A DNA stretch of 64,000 nucleotides. Source: the human T2T-CHM13v2.0 reference genome, Homo sapiens. The stretch is from the NCBI RefSeq assembly GCF_009914755.1, contig NC_060929.1; one strand, written 5' to 3'. Below the pieces are notes generated by a model. That model was not told the DNA's origin, did no database searches, and saw only the letters and a program-made list of their open reading frames with translations. A program made the position numbers and the translations under genes. Shown piece by piece: positions 39,701-59,200 of the stretch. How positions within the stretch are numbered: the stretch's first letter is position 1; every line of letters begins with the position of its first letter.

Positions 39701-41913
39701 ATCTGATTTTGCTTATTCCTTGTCTCCTGCTAGCTTTGTGATTTGTTTGCTTTTGGTTCTCCAGTTCCTTTAGTTGTGATGTTATGTTGTAAATTTGAGG
39801 TCTTTCTACCTTTTTGATATGGGCATTTAGAGCTATAAATTTCCCTCTTAACACTGCCTTAGCTGTGCTCAGATATTCTGCTATATTGTATCTTTGTTCT
39901 CATTGTTTTCAAATAACTTCTTGATTTCTGCCTTCATTTTATTATTTACCCAAATGTAATTCAGGAGCAGGTTATTCAATTTCCATGTAATTGTATCGTT
40001 TTGGATGAATTTCTTAATATTGATTTCTAATTTTATTGTTTCTGTGGTCTGAGACACTGTTTGTTATTATTTCATTTCTTTTGAATTTGCTGTGGAGTAT
40101 TTTACTTCTGATTATGTGATTGATTTCAGAGTAAGTGCCATGTGGTGATGAGAAGAAGGTATATTCTATTGTTTTGGAGTAGAGAGTTCTGTAGGTGTCT
40201 TATCAGGTCCATTTGATTTAATGCTGAGTTCAGGTCCTGAATATCTTTGTTAATTTTCTGTCTCTATGATCTGTCTCATATTGTCAGTGGGGTGTTAATG
40301 TCTCCCACTATTATTATGTGAAAATATAAGTCTTTTTGAAGGTCTCTAAGAACTTGCTTTCTGAATCTAGGTGCTCCTGTATTTTGGTGTATATATATTT
40401 AGGATAGTTAGATCTTGTTGTTGAATTGAACCCTTTACCATTAAGTAATGCCTGCTTTGTATTTTGTTATCTTTATTGGTTTAAACTCCTTTTTTTTTTT
40501 CAGAAATTAGATTTCAACCCTTGCTCTTCCTTTTTTCCATTTGCTTGGTAAATTTCCTCAATCCCTTTATTTTGAACCTATGTGTGCTTTGCATGTGAGA
40601 TGGGTCTATTGAAGACAACATACCATTGGGTCTTGGTTCTTTATCCAGCTTACCACTCTGTGTCTTTTAATTTGGCCATTTAGCCCATTTACATTTAAGA
40701 TTAGTATTGATATTTGTGAATTTGATTCTGTCATCATGATGTTAATTGGTTATTTTGCAGGCTCACTTATGTAAATGCTTTATAGTGTCACTGGTCTATG
40801 TACTTCAGTGTGCTTTAGTAGTGGCTGATAATGGTCTTCTCTATTCATATTTAGTGCTTCTTTCAGGAGCTCTTGTAAGGCAGGTCTGTTGGTAAAAAGT
40901 TTCCTCAGCATTTGTTTGTCTGAAAGGGATGTTACTTATCTTTTGCTTATGAAGCTTAGTTTGGCTGGATATAAAATTCTGGGTTGGAATTTCTTCTCTT
41001 TAAGAATGTTGAATATTGGTCCCCAATCTCTTCTGCCTTAGGATTTTAGCTGAAAGTTCTGCTATTAGTCTTATAGGCTTCCTTTTGTATGCGATCTGGC
41101 CTTTCTCTCTAGCTGCCTTTAACATTTTTTCTTTCAATTTGGCCTTGGAGAAATTGATGATTATGTGCCTTGGGGATGATCTTCTTGTGGAATATCTTAC
41201 TGGAGTTCCTTGCGTTTCCTGCATTTGAAAGTTAGCCTCCCTAGCTCAGTTGGAATGTCCTCATGGATAATGTATCCTGAAATAAGTATTCCAAGTTGGT
41301 TCCATTCTCCCCATCTCTTTCTTGTACACAATCAATTGTACATTTGGTTTCTTTACATAATCCCATATTTCTTGGAGGTTTTGCTCATTCCTTTTTATCT
41401 GTTTTCTCTATTCTTGCCTGCCAGTCTTATTTCAGAAAGCCAGTCTTAAAGTTCTGAGATTATTTCCTCCATGTGCTCTATTCTGCTATTAATACTTGTG
41501 ATTGCATTATGACATTCTTGTAGTGTACATTTTACCTCTATCAGGTCTATCAGGCTGCTCTGCCAAGAATTCACACTCTGTGTGTCAGATTGTTGGAGTG
41601 AGCTCATGAGGGGATCTTGGACCTGAGGGATGCAAAGATTCATGGCAGAAGCATGGGTTCCTAGGGTCACGTGTTCACTCACAGCATCCCCGGATGGGAG
41701 TGGTTCCCTTGGCTCCCTGTCAGTCCTGGCTGGGTTGTTGTCCTGCCTTGCTTTTCTCCATTTACTGGAGGTCAAGTTGTTTCCTTGATTAGTCCCAATG
41801 TGAGAACCTGGATGTTCCAGTTGAAGGTGCTGTATTTACTTGCCCCTTTCATTCCTCCTTTTGAGAGTCATGCACACTAGCTGCCTCTAGTCAGCCATTT
41901 TGGCCACTCCTTT
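36714..41913 (-). mobile_element. LINE-1, L1PA13-16-like, both ends present, internal 5'UTR/ORF1 deletion, ORFs disrupted
   Basis: 3'UTR 'taggtaaacttgtgtcatggggg...cacccaggtattaagcctag'; ORF2 and ORF1 remnants in the ORF track (e.g. 38101-38445, 39248-39463, 41000-41224); 5' terminus 'ctagtcagccattttgg'; TSD cacatgattttatt/catgtgattttatt. Confidence 0.93.
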
Positions 41914-42599
41914 CATGTGATTTTATTAACTGCATAAAGAAGAGAATAATTTTTGGATCTATTGCATATATTTACATACATGTATTTAATATATGTGTTA
42001 GCTTAAAAATCACACTAAGTTTGGAAAGGAGACTTCAGTTTTTATAAATGGTTACAACCTGCAAGATTGTTATCCCGCAAGCCAGGAAGCACAGGCTCCA
42101 ACCAAAGCCCAGAAAAAGGCACTTCAAATAGAGGAAGATTGGGGTAGGAGATTTATGCTGAATGAGTTGGCTAAGGATACATATTTAACAAGTTACAGGA
42201 GGAGCTATGTATATTCATGAAGGTGATCTTGACACATATGTATTGAACAAACACATATGTAACATACAACTCATGTTCACGTTGGAGCAGAGACTTATCA
42301 TTAAATATATTACAATTAGGCTGGATATGTCAAAAAAATCATTTCAGAACACATAAGCACTCAAGTGTGCAGCCTCCATAAACTGGGAAGGACTTAAGAA
42401 CTTTAAGTTCTAGGGTACATGTGCACAACGTGCAGATTTGATACATAGGTATACATGTGCCATGTTGGTTTACTGCACCCATCAACGCATCATTTACATT
42501 AGGCATTTCTCCTAATGCTATCCCTCCACCAGCGCCCCCACCCCATGACAGGCCCCAATATGTGATGCTCCCCAACCTGTGTCCAAGTGTTCTCATTGT

Positions 42600-46428
<3,829 letters not shown>

Positions 46429-46481
46429 TATGATGTTTGCTGGTTATTTTGCCTGCTAATTGATACAGTTTCTTCATAGCA

Positions 46482-47516
46482 TCAATAGTCTTTATGATTT
46501 GGCCTGTTTTGCAGTGGCTGGTACCGGTTGTTTCTTTCCATGTTTAGTGTTTCCTTCAGGAGCTCTTGTAAGGCAGGCCTGGTGTTGACAAAATCTTTTA
46601 GCATTGGCTTTTCTGTAAAGGATTTTATTTCTCCTTCACTTATGAAACTTAGTTTGGCTGGATATGAAATTCTGGGTTGAAAATTCTTTTCTTTAAGAAT
46701 ATTGAATATTGGCCCCCACTCTCTTCTGGCTTGCAGGGTTTCTGCTGAGAGACCCACTGTTGGTCTGATGGGCTTCCCTTTGTGGGTAACTCGATCTTTC
46801 TCTGTGGCTGCCCTTAACACTTTTTCCTTCATTTCAACCTTGGTGAATCTGACAATTATGTGTCTTGGGGTTGCTCTTCTCGAGGAGTATCTTTGTGGTG
46901 TTCTCTGTATTTCCTGAATTTGAATGTTGGCCTGCTTTGCTATGTTGGGGAAGTTCTCCTGGATCATATCCTGAAGAGCTTTTTCCAACTTGGTTCCATT
47001 CTCCCCATCATTTTCAGGTACCCCAATCAAATGTAGATTTAGTCTTTTCACATAATCCCATATTTGTTGGAGGCTTTGTTTGTTTCTTTGTACTCTTTTT
47101 TCTCTAATCTTGTTTTCTTGCTTTATTTCATTAATTTGATCTTCAATCACTGATACCCTTTCTTCCACTTGATTGAATCAGCTATTGAAGCTTGTGCATG
47201 CGTCACGAAGTTCTTGTGCCATGGTTTTCAGCTCCATCAGGTTATTTAAGTTCTTCTCCACACTGTTTATTCTAGTTAGCCATTCATCTAGTCTTTTTTC
47301 AAGGTTTTTGGCTTCCTTGTGATGGGTTTGAACATCCTCCTTTAGCTCGGAGATGTTTGTTATTACCAACCTTCTGAAGCCTATTTCTGTCAACTCGTCA
47401 AAGTCATTCTCTGTCCAGCTTTGTTCCGTTGCTGGCAAGGAGCTGCAATCCTTTGGAGGAGAAAAGACGCTCTGATTTGTAGAATTTTCAGCTTTTCTGC
47501 TCTGGTTTCTCCCCAT
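46482..47516 (-). pseudogene. L1 ORF1p (RNA-binding chaperone) split into 112-aa and 228-aa pieces
   Basis: MGRNQSRKAENS... and ...QEIQRTPQRYSSRRATPRHIIVRF...NFQPRISYPAKLSFISEGEIK, typical of L1 ORF1p. Confidence 0.92.
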
Positions 47517-47519
47517 CTT

Positions 47520-48536
47520 TGTGGTTTTATCTACCTTTGGTCTTTGATGTTGGTGACCTACAGATGGGGTTTTGGTGTAGATGACCTTTTGTGCTGATGT
47601 TGATGCTATTCCTTTCTGCTTGTTTGTTTTCCTTCTAACAGTCTAACAGTCAAGTCCCTCAGCTGCAGGTCTGTTGGAGTTTGCTAGAGTTCCACTACAG
47701 CCCCTGTTTGCCTGGGTATCACCAGCAGAGGCTGCAGAACAGTAAATATTGCAGAACAGCAAATACTGCTGCCTGATCCTTCCTCTGGATGCTTCGTCCC
47801 AGAGGGACAGCCACTTATATGAATTGTCTGGGAGGTGTCTCCCAGTTAGGCTACACGGAGGTCAGGGACCCTCTTGAGGAGGCAGTCTGTCGGTTCTCAG
47901 AGCTCAAACACTGTGCTGGGAGAACCACTGCTCTCTTCAGAGCTGTCAGTCAGGGACATTTAAGTCTACAGAAGTTGTCTGCTGCCTTTTGTTCAGCTAC
48001 GCCCTGCCCACAGAGGTGGAGTCTAGAGGCAGTAGGCCTTGTTCAGCTGTGGTGGGCTCTGCCCAGTTCGAGCTTCCTGACAACTTTGTTTACCTATTCA
48101 AGCCTCAGCAATGGCAGACGCCCCTACCCCAGCCAGGCTGCAGTCTCACTGATTGATCATAGACTGCTGGGCTAGCAGTGAGCAAGACTGCATGGGTGTG
48201 GGAGCCACTGAGCCAGGCACGGGAGAGAATCACCTTGTCTGCCAGTTGCTAAGACCTTGGGAAAAGCATAGTATTTGTGTGGGAGTGTCCCATTTTTCCA
48301 GGTAGTCTGTCACGGCTTCCCTTGGCTAGGAAAGGGAAATCCCCAGATCCCTTGTGCTTCCTGGGTGAGGCAATGCCCCGCCCTGCTTTGGCTCACCCTC
48401 CATGGGCTTCACCCACTGTCCAACCAGTCCCAATGTGATGAACCTGGTACCTCAGGTGGAAATGCAGAAATCACCTCTCTTCTGCATCAATCACGCTGGG
48501 AGCTGCAGATTGGAGCTGTTCCTATTTGGCCATCTT
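47520..48536 (-). promoter_or_regulatory. L1 5'UTR internal promoter region (sense promoter on minus, antisense promoter on plus); YY1 site at 48529-48536
   Basis: GC-rich 5'UTR upstream of the ORF1 ATG; 'gccatctt' = AAGATGGC on the minus strand. Activity is inferred, and CpGs are largely decayed. Confidence 0.6.
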
Positions 48537-50948
48537 CTGTCAGTAGTCTTCTTAACTGGAGAAAGTTAATGAAATCGGTTTCTTGTCCAATCAAAGTTGT
48601 AGTTATGGCTGGTGGAACAGGGTTTCAGTTAGTCATCATCTGTGAGGTAGATGATTTGTAATTGTTTTAATATTGCTTATCTTAAGGTCAGTGCTTATTT
48701 AGCTGCTAGAAAAAAAAGGAAAAAAAAAAACCTTGTGGCAGATAGAATACAGTTTATTCTTTAAGTGTAGTGCATGACTTAACCCTTGCCTGGTATAGCC
48801 TTAGGTCCTGTTTATAATTTTGTATCTTATTGCCACAAAGAGTCTGTTCTGTCAGTCTCATGAGGTTAGTTGTTGTGTCTAAACTGCAAAAGAGAGGGGG
48901 CATAATGAGCCTGTCGGACTTTCTGTCCTATCATGGCTGGGAACTTTGTTTTTAAGGTTTTTCTCGATTTATTTGGTGAGGGACTTAGGATTTTATTTTT
49001 GGTTTACAATGTTTAATTACTTTAATTAAATGGTGTCCAGAAACAGGCAACTCTAGGAATGTACATGTGCTCTTAATTTACACGTGACTGTGTTTTGTAT
49101 CATTTGCATAGCTGTATTGGTATAGCTATTAAATTAGCAAATTTACTTCTAAAAACTGCCTATTACTGTTGTTTCTAGTCAACATTCTTATCTTCTAGAC
49201 AGAAGATAAGAATCTCCTGGATCAAAGACAAAGTCCTCTTTGCTCACTGCACAACAATCAGGCTGAGTGTCAGTATATTTGATTAGGTTCATCTTGCCAC
49301 TAAATCATACCCAGGGCATGCACAGGCCCAGAGGGAGTTTGTACTTTCAGCAAGCTACATTATAGAAATGGAATATGGAGAATGTCTCTTTTTTATCCTG
49401 ATGAGACACATTATCTCATCCCTTAAGGTTTATCACTGCAGACACAAATCTGAGAAATGGCTTGGGAAAAGAGGCATCAGGGCCATGAATTCTTGGCTCA
49501 CTTGGGAAGAATATGCAAGCGTGCTCAGTAGCCATGCTCGGGCCCAACACCTGCTCTCTCAGCATCAAAAAATAGGCGTGACTTTGAAGTCTAGTACCCT
49601 TTTAGGAGTTAAGCTGGCATGTCCAGATTTTGTTTTATTTAACTTTTTTCACCTTTTATTTATTGTGCCATATATAAATCTTCCTAGCCACTCCAACCTT
49701 TCATATTATTAAAGAAAAAGCATTTAATTTAGTCATTTTAGTGAGTAATTTAAAAATATTAATTACATATAATATAGTTAATTTTAAGGTATTAATTATA
49801 CTGGCATGATTCTATTATATATTCTGGTTTAATTTTTCCTTCACAAATGAACACTATACCAGTTGGATTATATGTCTACGGGAAAAGAGAATTTGATAAA
49901 AAGAATGTTTTACTTTAAAGGATAATTAAAGGAATACATTAATGTGAGATACTTTTCAAATTGGACTGAGAGACACATTAACTTTGTGCTCCACATCAGT
50001 GTTTGACAGAGAATTTGAGTCCAATGACAGTAACAGCTGGCCCCTTACTGAGAAGAAAGGTGACAGCTGCCATGCCACTGGGATTGGTAATTTCCATAGA
50101 AGATGGTTAGGATGCCAATCTACAAGTTGATTACTTTGGTGAAAATGTATATTTGTTTTCCTCAGTCCTTCAAATAGGCAGTTTACAAAAACTTGTCTTG
50201 TATTGATTCCATTGCAGAGAGAGCCATAACCCCATAGGCAAGTGACAGAAAGCCTTGGCTTTCATAGTTGAAAATAATCCTTTCTCTAATTAATACTAGA
50301 CTATTCCATCCATTTTTAAAAAGCTATTTAATCCTCTACTTAACTATGTTTCCTCAGGGTTTTCTAGCTGCTCGTGTTACATATAATGATGCAACTCTGC
50401 TATAAACTTTCATAATGGAGTTCTATAAAGTTGTGAGTGAATACACAATCATAACCATATATCAGTGATGCCTCCACAAACTCATTGTGGTAATCAAAAC
50501 ACCAGTGGGCTATTTTTCACCATGATCTCCTGGGGTTAACACCATTGTGGAATGTCTGTTTTTACACAGTTATTGAGGGGACAAATTAATTTGCAGTTTT
50601 CTTCCTTTTTCAATTATCAGAGCCATCTAGATTTACATGAAGTACTGTTTTAAAACTATAGCCTGAAAATAAGTTGAGATTCACCCTACTACCAAGTCTT
50701 CTTCCTATAAAACTGTAACTACAATTTTTCCCAAGTGTATCTGAATCTAAAGAATAACTAGAATTATAGTAGATCTGCTTTGAAATTTTGCAACAATTAT
50801 GAATGCTGTGGTACCCTTGAAACTGGAAAATAGAAACAGCAAACTGTGTTTACTTAATGTAAAAAGCACCAATAGCTATAATTTCAAGAGAAAGACTAAA
50901 TTGTAAGATAACACATTTTAACTAAGCTAAGGAAAAAAAAAATCAAGG

Positions 50949-51130
50949 CAGGGGTTTCAACACTGGTCCCCAGTCTAGCAATATTAGCATCTCTCAGCAA
51001 CTTGTTAGAAATGCAGATTCTCATCAGGCCCCGCACAGACCAATTAAATAAGAAACGTCAGGCCGGTATCTGGCAACCTATGTTTTAACAAGTCTTTATT
51101 GTGATGCAAACTAAAATTTGAGAACCATTG
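50949..51130. mobile_element. MER5A DNA transposon
   Basis: 'cttgttagaaatgcagattctc...ttttaacaag...aaatttgagaaccattg'. Confidence 0.85.
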
Positions 51131-52191
51131 GCTTAGAGGTCTTCTTTCAACTCATTGTAGGTGGCTTTAAAAATATAAGGCAGGAGTGCATCAGTCTTTG
51201 GTAATCCATGTGTCTTGTAACTTAAGTTCTGAGAAAAAGAAGAGGGTTCATGTGGTCATTTCCAAGGAATCTGAAAGATGAGGTCAGTTTGATCAACCTC
51301 ACACCAGAGAACGTAAGGCTATGGTAAAATCTCAATACACCTCCAGTTACCATTTTAGTAAGGGGTTGGGGAATAATCGTTGAGCCTGTGTCAGACCTGG
51401 AAGTTTTCTCCATGTTCTTTATTTAATTTCATTTTATTGTATCTTGTTTTGTTTCTACTTTAGTTTATCATTTTTCTCATTGAATCTTTTCTTTTAGTAA
51501 TTGTCACTAAATATCCTCTGGAAAATTACTTGTCACCTTTTGCAGGCTTGGAGTAGAGAAACTACCCAGAACAGAATACATGCTAGCTGACCCCAAAAGG
51601 AGAGATCAGGGTGAGTGCCCAGGCTGTGGGACAAAGGGTGAGAGCCAAGGGAGCCATCATACAGCTGCACAATAAAGAGTCACAGTAGAACACCTAAGGA
51701 TTTGTCTCTTTAATCAGACAAAATGTTGTTACATGGAAATTTACATCTACCACATTTGCTGTTCCCCTAGCCTGAATCAAAATTGTAGAGCAGAATATGA
51801 AACTAAATTCTTAGCTGGAAGGCCCTTGACATCACCAATCCAAATTGAGGAAAGCCGAGCCAAAAGAAAACAATTTGCTAATGTCATACAAATAGATTTC
51901 TGTGACCTTGAGCAAAATAATGCAGTAATATACAAACAGGCCTAAATATGAAACTGCCCACTTTTCCATTACGCCATACGTATTACAATCCTTAGATGAG
52001 TTGCTGGTTTTCTGCTACTTAAATTATCTTAACAGTAAACTGAGGATAATACCATAGCAGTCTAATTGGCACAAGGCTCAAATGTGATAATATAAAAATG
52101 GCTTAGAACAGTATCTGGAACACATAATCAGTGCTCAGAAAAAGTGGCATTGCAGTCAATGTGCTGTGATAACAGTCATCTCCCAGGTCTT

Positions 52192-52530
52192 TGTATCAGT
52201 TTGCTATTGTTGCCAAATAACAAAAATTCAGTAGCTCATAAGCTGATGGGCAACCTGGGCAGCTCTACAAGAGTTAAGCATTCTCAGAGGGGATCGCTCA
52301 CTCATCTGTAGTCAGGTGTGGTCATCTAGCGGTAGTTTCTGCTTATGTCTGGGCTCTCTTACACGCCTGGAATATTCTAACCAGGGAACCATGTGACCAC
52401 ACTGATAACATGTCCATGAATCAGACCTGATTCAGGCCCCATTCATAATAACAGGTGAGAAAGTAAAAATTTGCATGAACCCTGAAGGCAGAGAATTAGA
52501 AATATTTGGAGAACACCACCAACATTTCTC
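52192..52530 (-). mobile_element. MLT1-type MaLR LTR fragment
   Basis: Begins 'tgtatcagtttgctattgttgcc'; internal 'ctcactcatctgtagtcagg'. Confidence 0.5.
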
Positions 52531-53029
52531 ACAATTGTTTTCTTTTAGTTGTTACTGTGGGGAGCAAGTCACTTAAAGTAAGATTTATTTTGATATCATG
52601 TCACCACTTACTTAACATGCTCTTAATATGTTCCCTCTGTCACTCTGAAAAGCCCAGCACCATTATCCTTGCCTGAGTTGCAGGGATCATATAAACATAC
52701 TACTTGAGGCTGACTTTACTGAGTTGAATCTAGATTTTCCCAATATCAAGTTATTTTTTACTAAGTTCACTCATAAAGAAACCTGTCACAACTTTATTAA
52801 CATCAACCTGTTAATATTAATAATGATTCAAAGTGTTCAGCATTCAGAACATAGTCACATAATTGTGTTAATGAGAGATACTTTCTTAATCCACTGTAAC
52901 AAATCTTTAGTAATGGACATTTTAACATGAATAATTGACTTAGAGTGTAACTTTTTTTAAATATGAAAATTCCTGAAGTCCTTTTAATCACACTGGCTAG
53001 AAGAAATGCAGGCCAATGTAGAGAGAGAT

Positions 53030-53710
<681 letters not shown>

Positions 53711-54169
53711 CTGACATATATAGTTGGTCTTCTCATAGATTCTTTTTCCTTCTGTCAAAGGTATTATTGTAGCAGAGACTACATGTACAGCACACAAAGA
53801 ATAACAACATTGGGCATAGAATAGAATTTCTAGTTTTTGTAGCTTGAAAAGAGAATAATTAATGCTGAGTAGACACATACAAACCCCAAATTATCATATT
53901 GCATCAAATCTAAGCCACTATTAATTGTAAACTAAATCTTAACATATATCATTTATAAAGAAAATATATGCTGCCAATTATAAGTATTACCTACTATTGG
54001 TTGTGAGATTATTCTAGATTTATGAAATATAAAAGATAAACCTTTTGGCATTGTCAACATATGGCAATGTTTAAGTCTCCATTGCTTTTCACCTTTCTTG
54101 CTTGAAAAAAAAGGAATGTCTCTTGAATCAGCATAAACAAATTTTTGTTTTTGTGGAAAAAGTTATACA

Positions 54170-54695
54170 AAGATATGGCATTAAAGATGGCTGCAATGTC
54201 TTTGTCATTTCTCCTACTGAGAGTTTGAATCTATTTCCTTTTTCCTGGAATCTGAGTTTATTTTGTAAATTGTTTTCACCAATACAATGAGGCAGAAATT
54301 ACACTGTACAACTTCTGAAGATGGGCCTTAAGAATTCAGCAGCTTCAAACTTTAAATTTTGGAAGGCTCCTTCTTGGAGTTCATCAGGTATGCTGTGAGA
54401 ACTCCAAGCATTGTTGAGAAGCTACCTATAGGAGAATCAAAGCACACTGGTTGAGCCCAAACTGAAATCTGAAAATAAATCCAGCAATAATTGCCACCTG
54501 TGTGCATGGGCCTCACTGAAAATCCCTACTCAATGGAGTTTGCAATGATCTCGTCCCTGACAACACTACATGACGTTTAAGAACCACTCAGCTGCGCTCA
54601 GTTAACCCACAGAATAATGAGATATAGGGAATTTTTGTTGCTTTTACAGTTTTACATCATCAAGTTTTGGCAGTTGGCTTTATAATACTACACAA
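54170..54695 (+). mobile_element. MaLR LTR, MLT1G/H-like
   Basis: 'aaagatggctgcaatgtctttg...gggccttaaga...aagaaccactcagctg...aacccacagaataatgaga'. Confidence 0.7.
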
Positions 54696-54960
54696 CTTTA
54701 AAAAGAGAATTGCAGTAATAAAAGGGCCTAAATTGAGTGACGCTCATTAACATAAGAAAGGAAAGGATGTTACTTACAACATAAAGGACTTCATTGTATG
54801 GAACAAAAATAGATGAGAAAGTAGATGGGAAAGCTAACACAGGTAGAGTTTTATGAGAGAGAGAGAGAGAGAGAATAAAGCTTCAATTTTGAAGGAAAAG
54901 AGTTAAAAAAAAAGTTATGAGCAATACGTGTGGGACTTCAGGGAGATAAAAAAAAGCTAA

Positions 54961-55267
<307 letters not shown>

Positions 55268-55325
55268 TCCAGGGTATTTTTTTTTAATGTCAGTTCTAGT
55301 GGAATTTCTTTTGTGACCTCTTTGG

Positions 55326-55748
55326 GTTAAGAGGTAAACTGAGGCACAATAAAATTTTAATGGATTTAGTCAAACAGCAATTTATGAATGATGCAGTTTC
55401 AAATTAGCAATGGTTCAGAGGTTCCATGGACTAACACAAAGGGAGAACTTTTATAGGGTGAACGTAAAAGTAAAGCAAAGCAAATATTTAATTGGTTACA
55501 GTTATACCGTTGTCTTATTTGGTCAGTCCTCCCAGAAAGTTCTTAGTTATGTAACTATGATAACCTCTGATTGGTTAGCCTTAAGTTTCATTTTTCTTTA
55601 ATATTGGCATTTACAGGAAATAGCCGACTCAGGTTAAGTTTTGTTTATGTTTGCAAATCAAGCAAAGTTAAGGTTACTTATGAGGCCTAACTGGCTTTGT
55701 CTACTCAGGGATTCTTCATGACTGATCTCCATTTTAATTTACTTTTAT
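55326..55748 (-). mobile_element. ERV1 solo LTR (MER31/MER67-group-like)
   Basis: 'gaggcctaactggctttgtctactcagggattcttca...tctccattttaatttactt' and repeated 'attggtta' motifs. Confidence 0.6.
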
Positions 55749-56330
55749 AAGTGTCATATTTAAACATTTAAATTACTTTTCAATGTATTTATGTGTCTGC
55801 TTACTTATTTTTTTCACACCTGTATTTCTTTTGAATGAGTCATGATGCTAATACTTGCCAAAAATTAATTCATTTTTGCATTTCTTAGAATACAGTTAAA
55901 CAGGGTGTAATCAAAGTCTGACTTCATTTTTGATGTTTGATTGTTGACTTTTTTTAAACCTCAATTCTTTTTTTGTTCTTGGTCCTACATCTAGACAGAC
56001 TGATAAGAAAGACTGTTAGGTCACATTCTCATTTAGTGCCAGTGGGAAATTTAAACTTTCTGCTAGTGAGAACATGCCCCAGTCCCATCCCTCCACGCCA
56101 GTCACTATATAGGCCCAACCCACTCCTTCTAGTAAGCCCAAGCCAGCTTGGATTTTCTCCTGCTCACCCAGCTGTCCCCAGGAACCCCTTGTGTGAGTAA
56201 TTAACTTTTTAAAAGTGTAGAATATTATGGAAAACCTATTTTTTTTGCAAATAAACAAAGATCTGTGGCAACTTCAAAAATGAAGGTAAATATAAAAGTC
56301 AAGTTTTCTTATATTTTAATAATTATATTA

Positions 56331-56500
56331 CTGTGTGCTCCAATATAGTAGACTTTGACCAAATGCAGCTATTTAAATTTAAATTTAAATGAATTAAAAC
56401 TAAATAAAATTGAAAGTTCACTTTCTCACGTGTACTAGCCATGTTTAATATGTGTGATGTTAGAAACATCCACATCTCAACAGAAAAATATACATTTTTT
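56331..56500. mobile_element. MER3 hAT-Charlie fragment
   Basis: 'ccaatatagtag...gctatttaaatttaaatt...aattaaaactaaataaaatt...actagcca'. Confidence 0.7.
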
Positions 56501-56509
56501 CCTTTGCCA

Positions 56510-58420
<1,911 letters not shown>

Positions 58421-58439
58421 AATAAAGTCTATGAGTGTC

Positions 58440-58685
58440 TTATATTCTTTGGACCAGTAAGTAACTGAGACATACTTTTCTCATGGAAGACAGGAATTTA
58501 ACTGGCCAACCCCAACAGCCGAAGCAGATTTTAAGCTCACAATACAATTGCAAACAACCCATTGATCAGTGCAAATTCTACAGCCAAACTCAATGTCAGT
58601 AGGATAGAAAAGTGTACTCCACTTACCTGGGACAGTGAGGTGAGAAAATATAAATATTTCCTGAGCAATAATCCAAACTACATCA
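58440..58685 (-). mobile_element. MLT1-type LTR fragment
   Basis: 'cccattgatcagtgcaaattctacagccaaactcaatgtcagtagg...aaatatttcctgagcaataatcc'. Confidence 0.5.
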
Positions 58686-58914
58686 CTTATTATATAGTCA
58701 TCTCCATAAAGCAACACCTTAGGCAGATACTATTGTATTACATATCATACAAGCAGAATAAATATGTCAATAAGATAGATTAGAGAAATGTAGGTTTTGT
58801 TACAGATAAATGACTTTTCATTTTCTGATTAACTGTATCAACAATTTTCAGTAAAAGCCTATCTAACAGTAACAGAACAGATGCTCAATACATTCTTTAT
58901 GTGTAGGTTAGTTG

Positions 58915-59200
58915 AAAGGGCACAAAGTTAAAGTCTGATAGACCTTGTTTTATATCCTCTTCTGTCACTTGCTAGCCCAAGTAAACCTGGGCAAATTATT
59001 TTTTTTCATTCTGAATCTCAATTTTCTAATTAGTGAAATAATTCTATCTTATATTTTTCTTGAGAGAATTATATATATACACATATATATACATATATAT
59101 ATATCTACTATACCATTTCATAATAGCTTCCATATATATGGTAGCCCAATGTCATGCCTACAACATAACAGGTATTCTCATTCATATGTGGTAGCTGTTA
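58915..59200 (+). mobile_element. MIR with an internal (TA/CA)n run
   Basis: 'cacttgctagcccaagtaaacctgggcaaatta...ctgaatctcaattttc'. Confidence 0.6.

Noticed and set aside
48111-48152. L1 ORF0 homolog
   Set aside because: The ATG at 48111 is present but the frame stops after 13 codons (MADAPTPARLQSH*).
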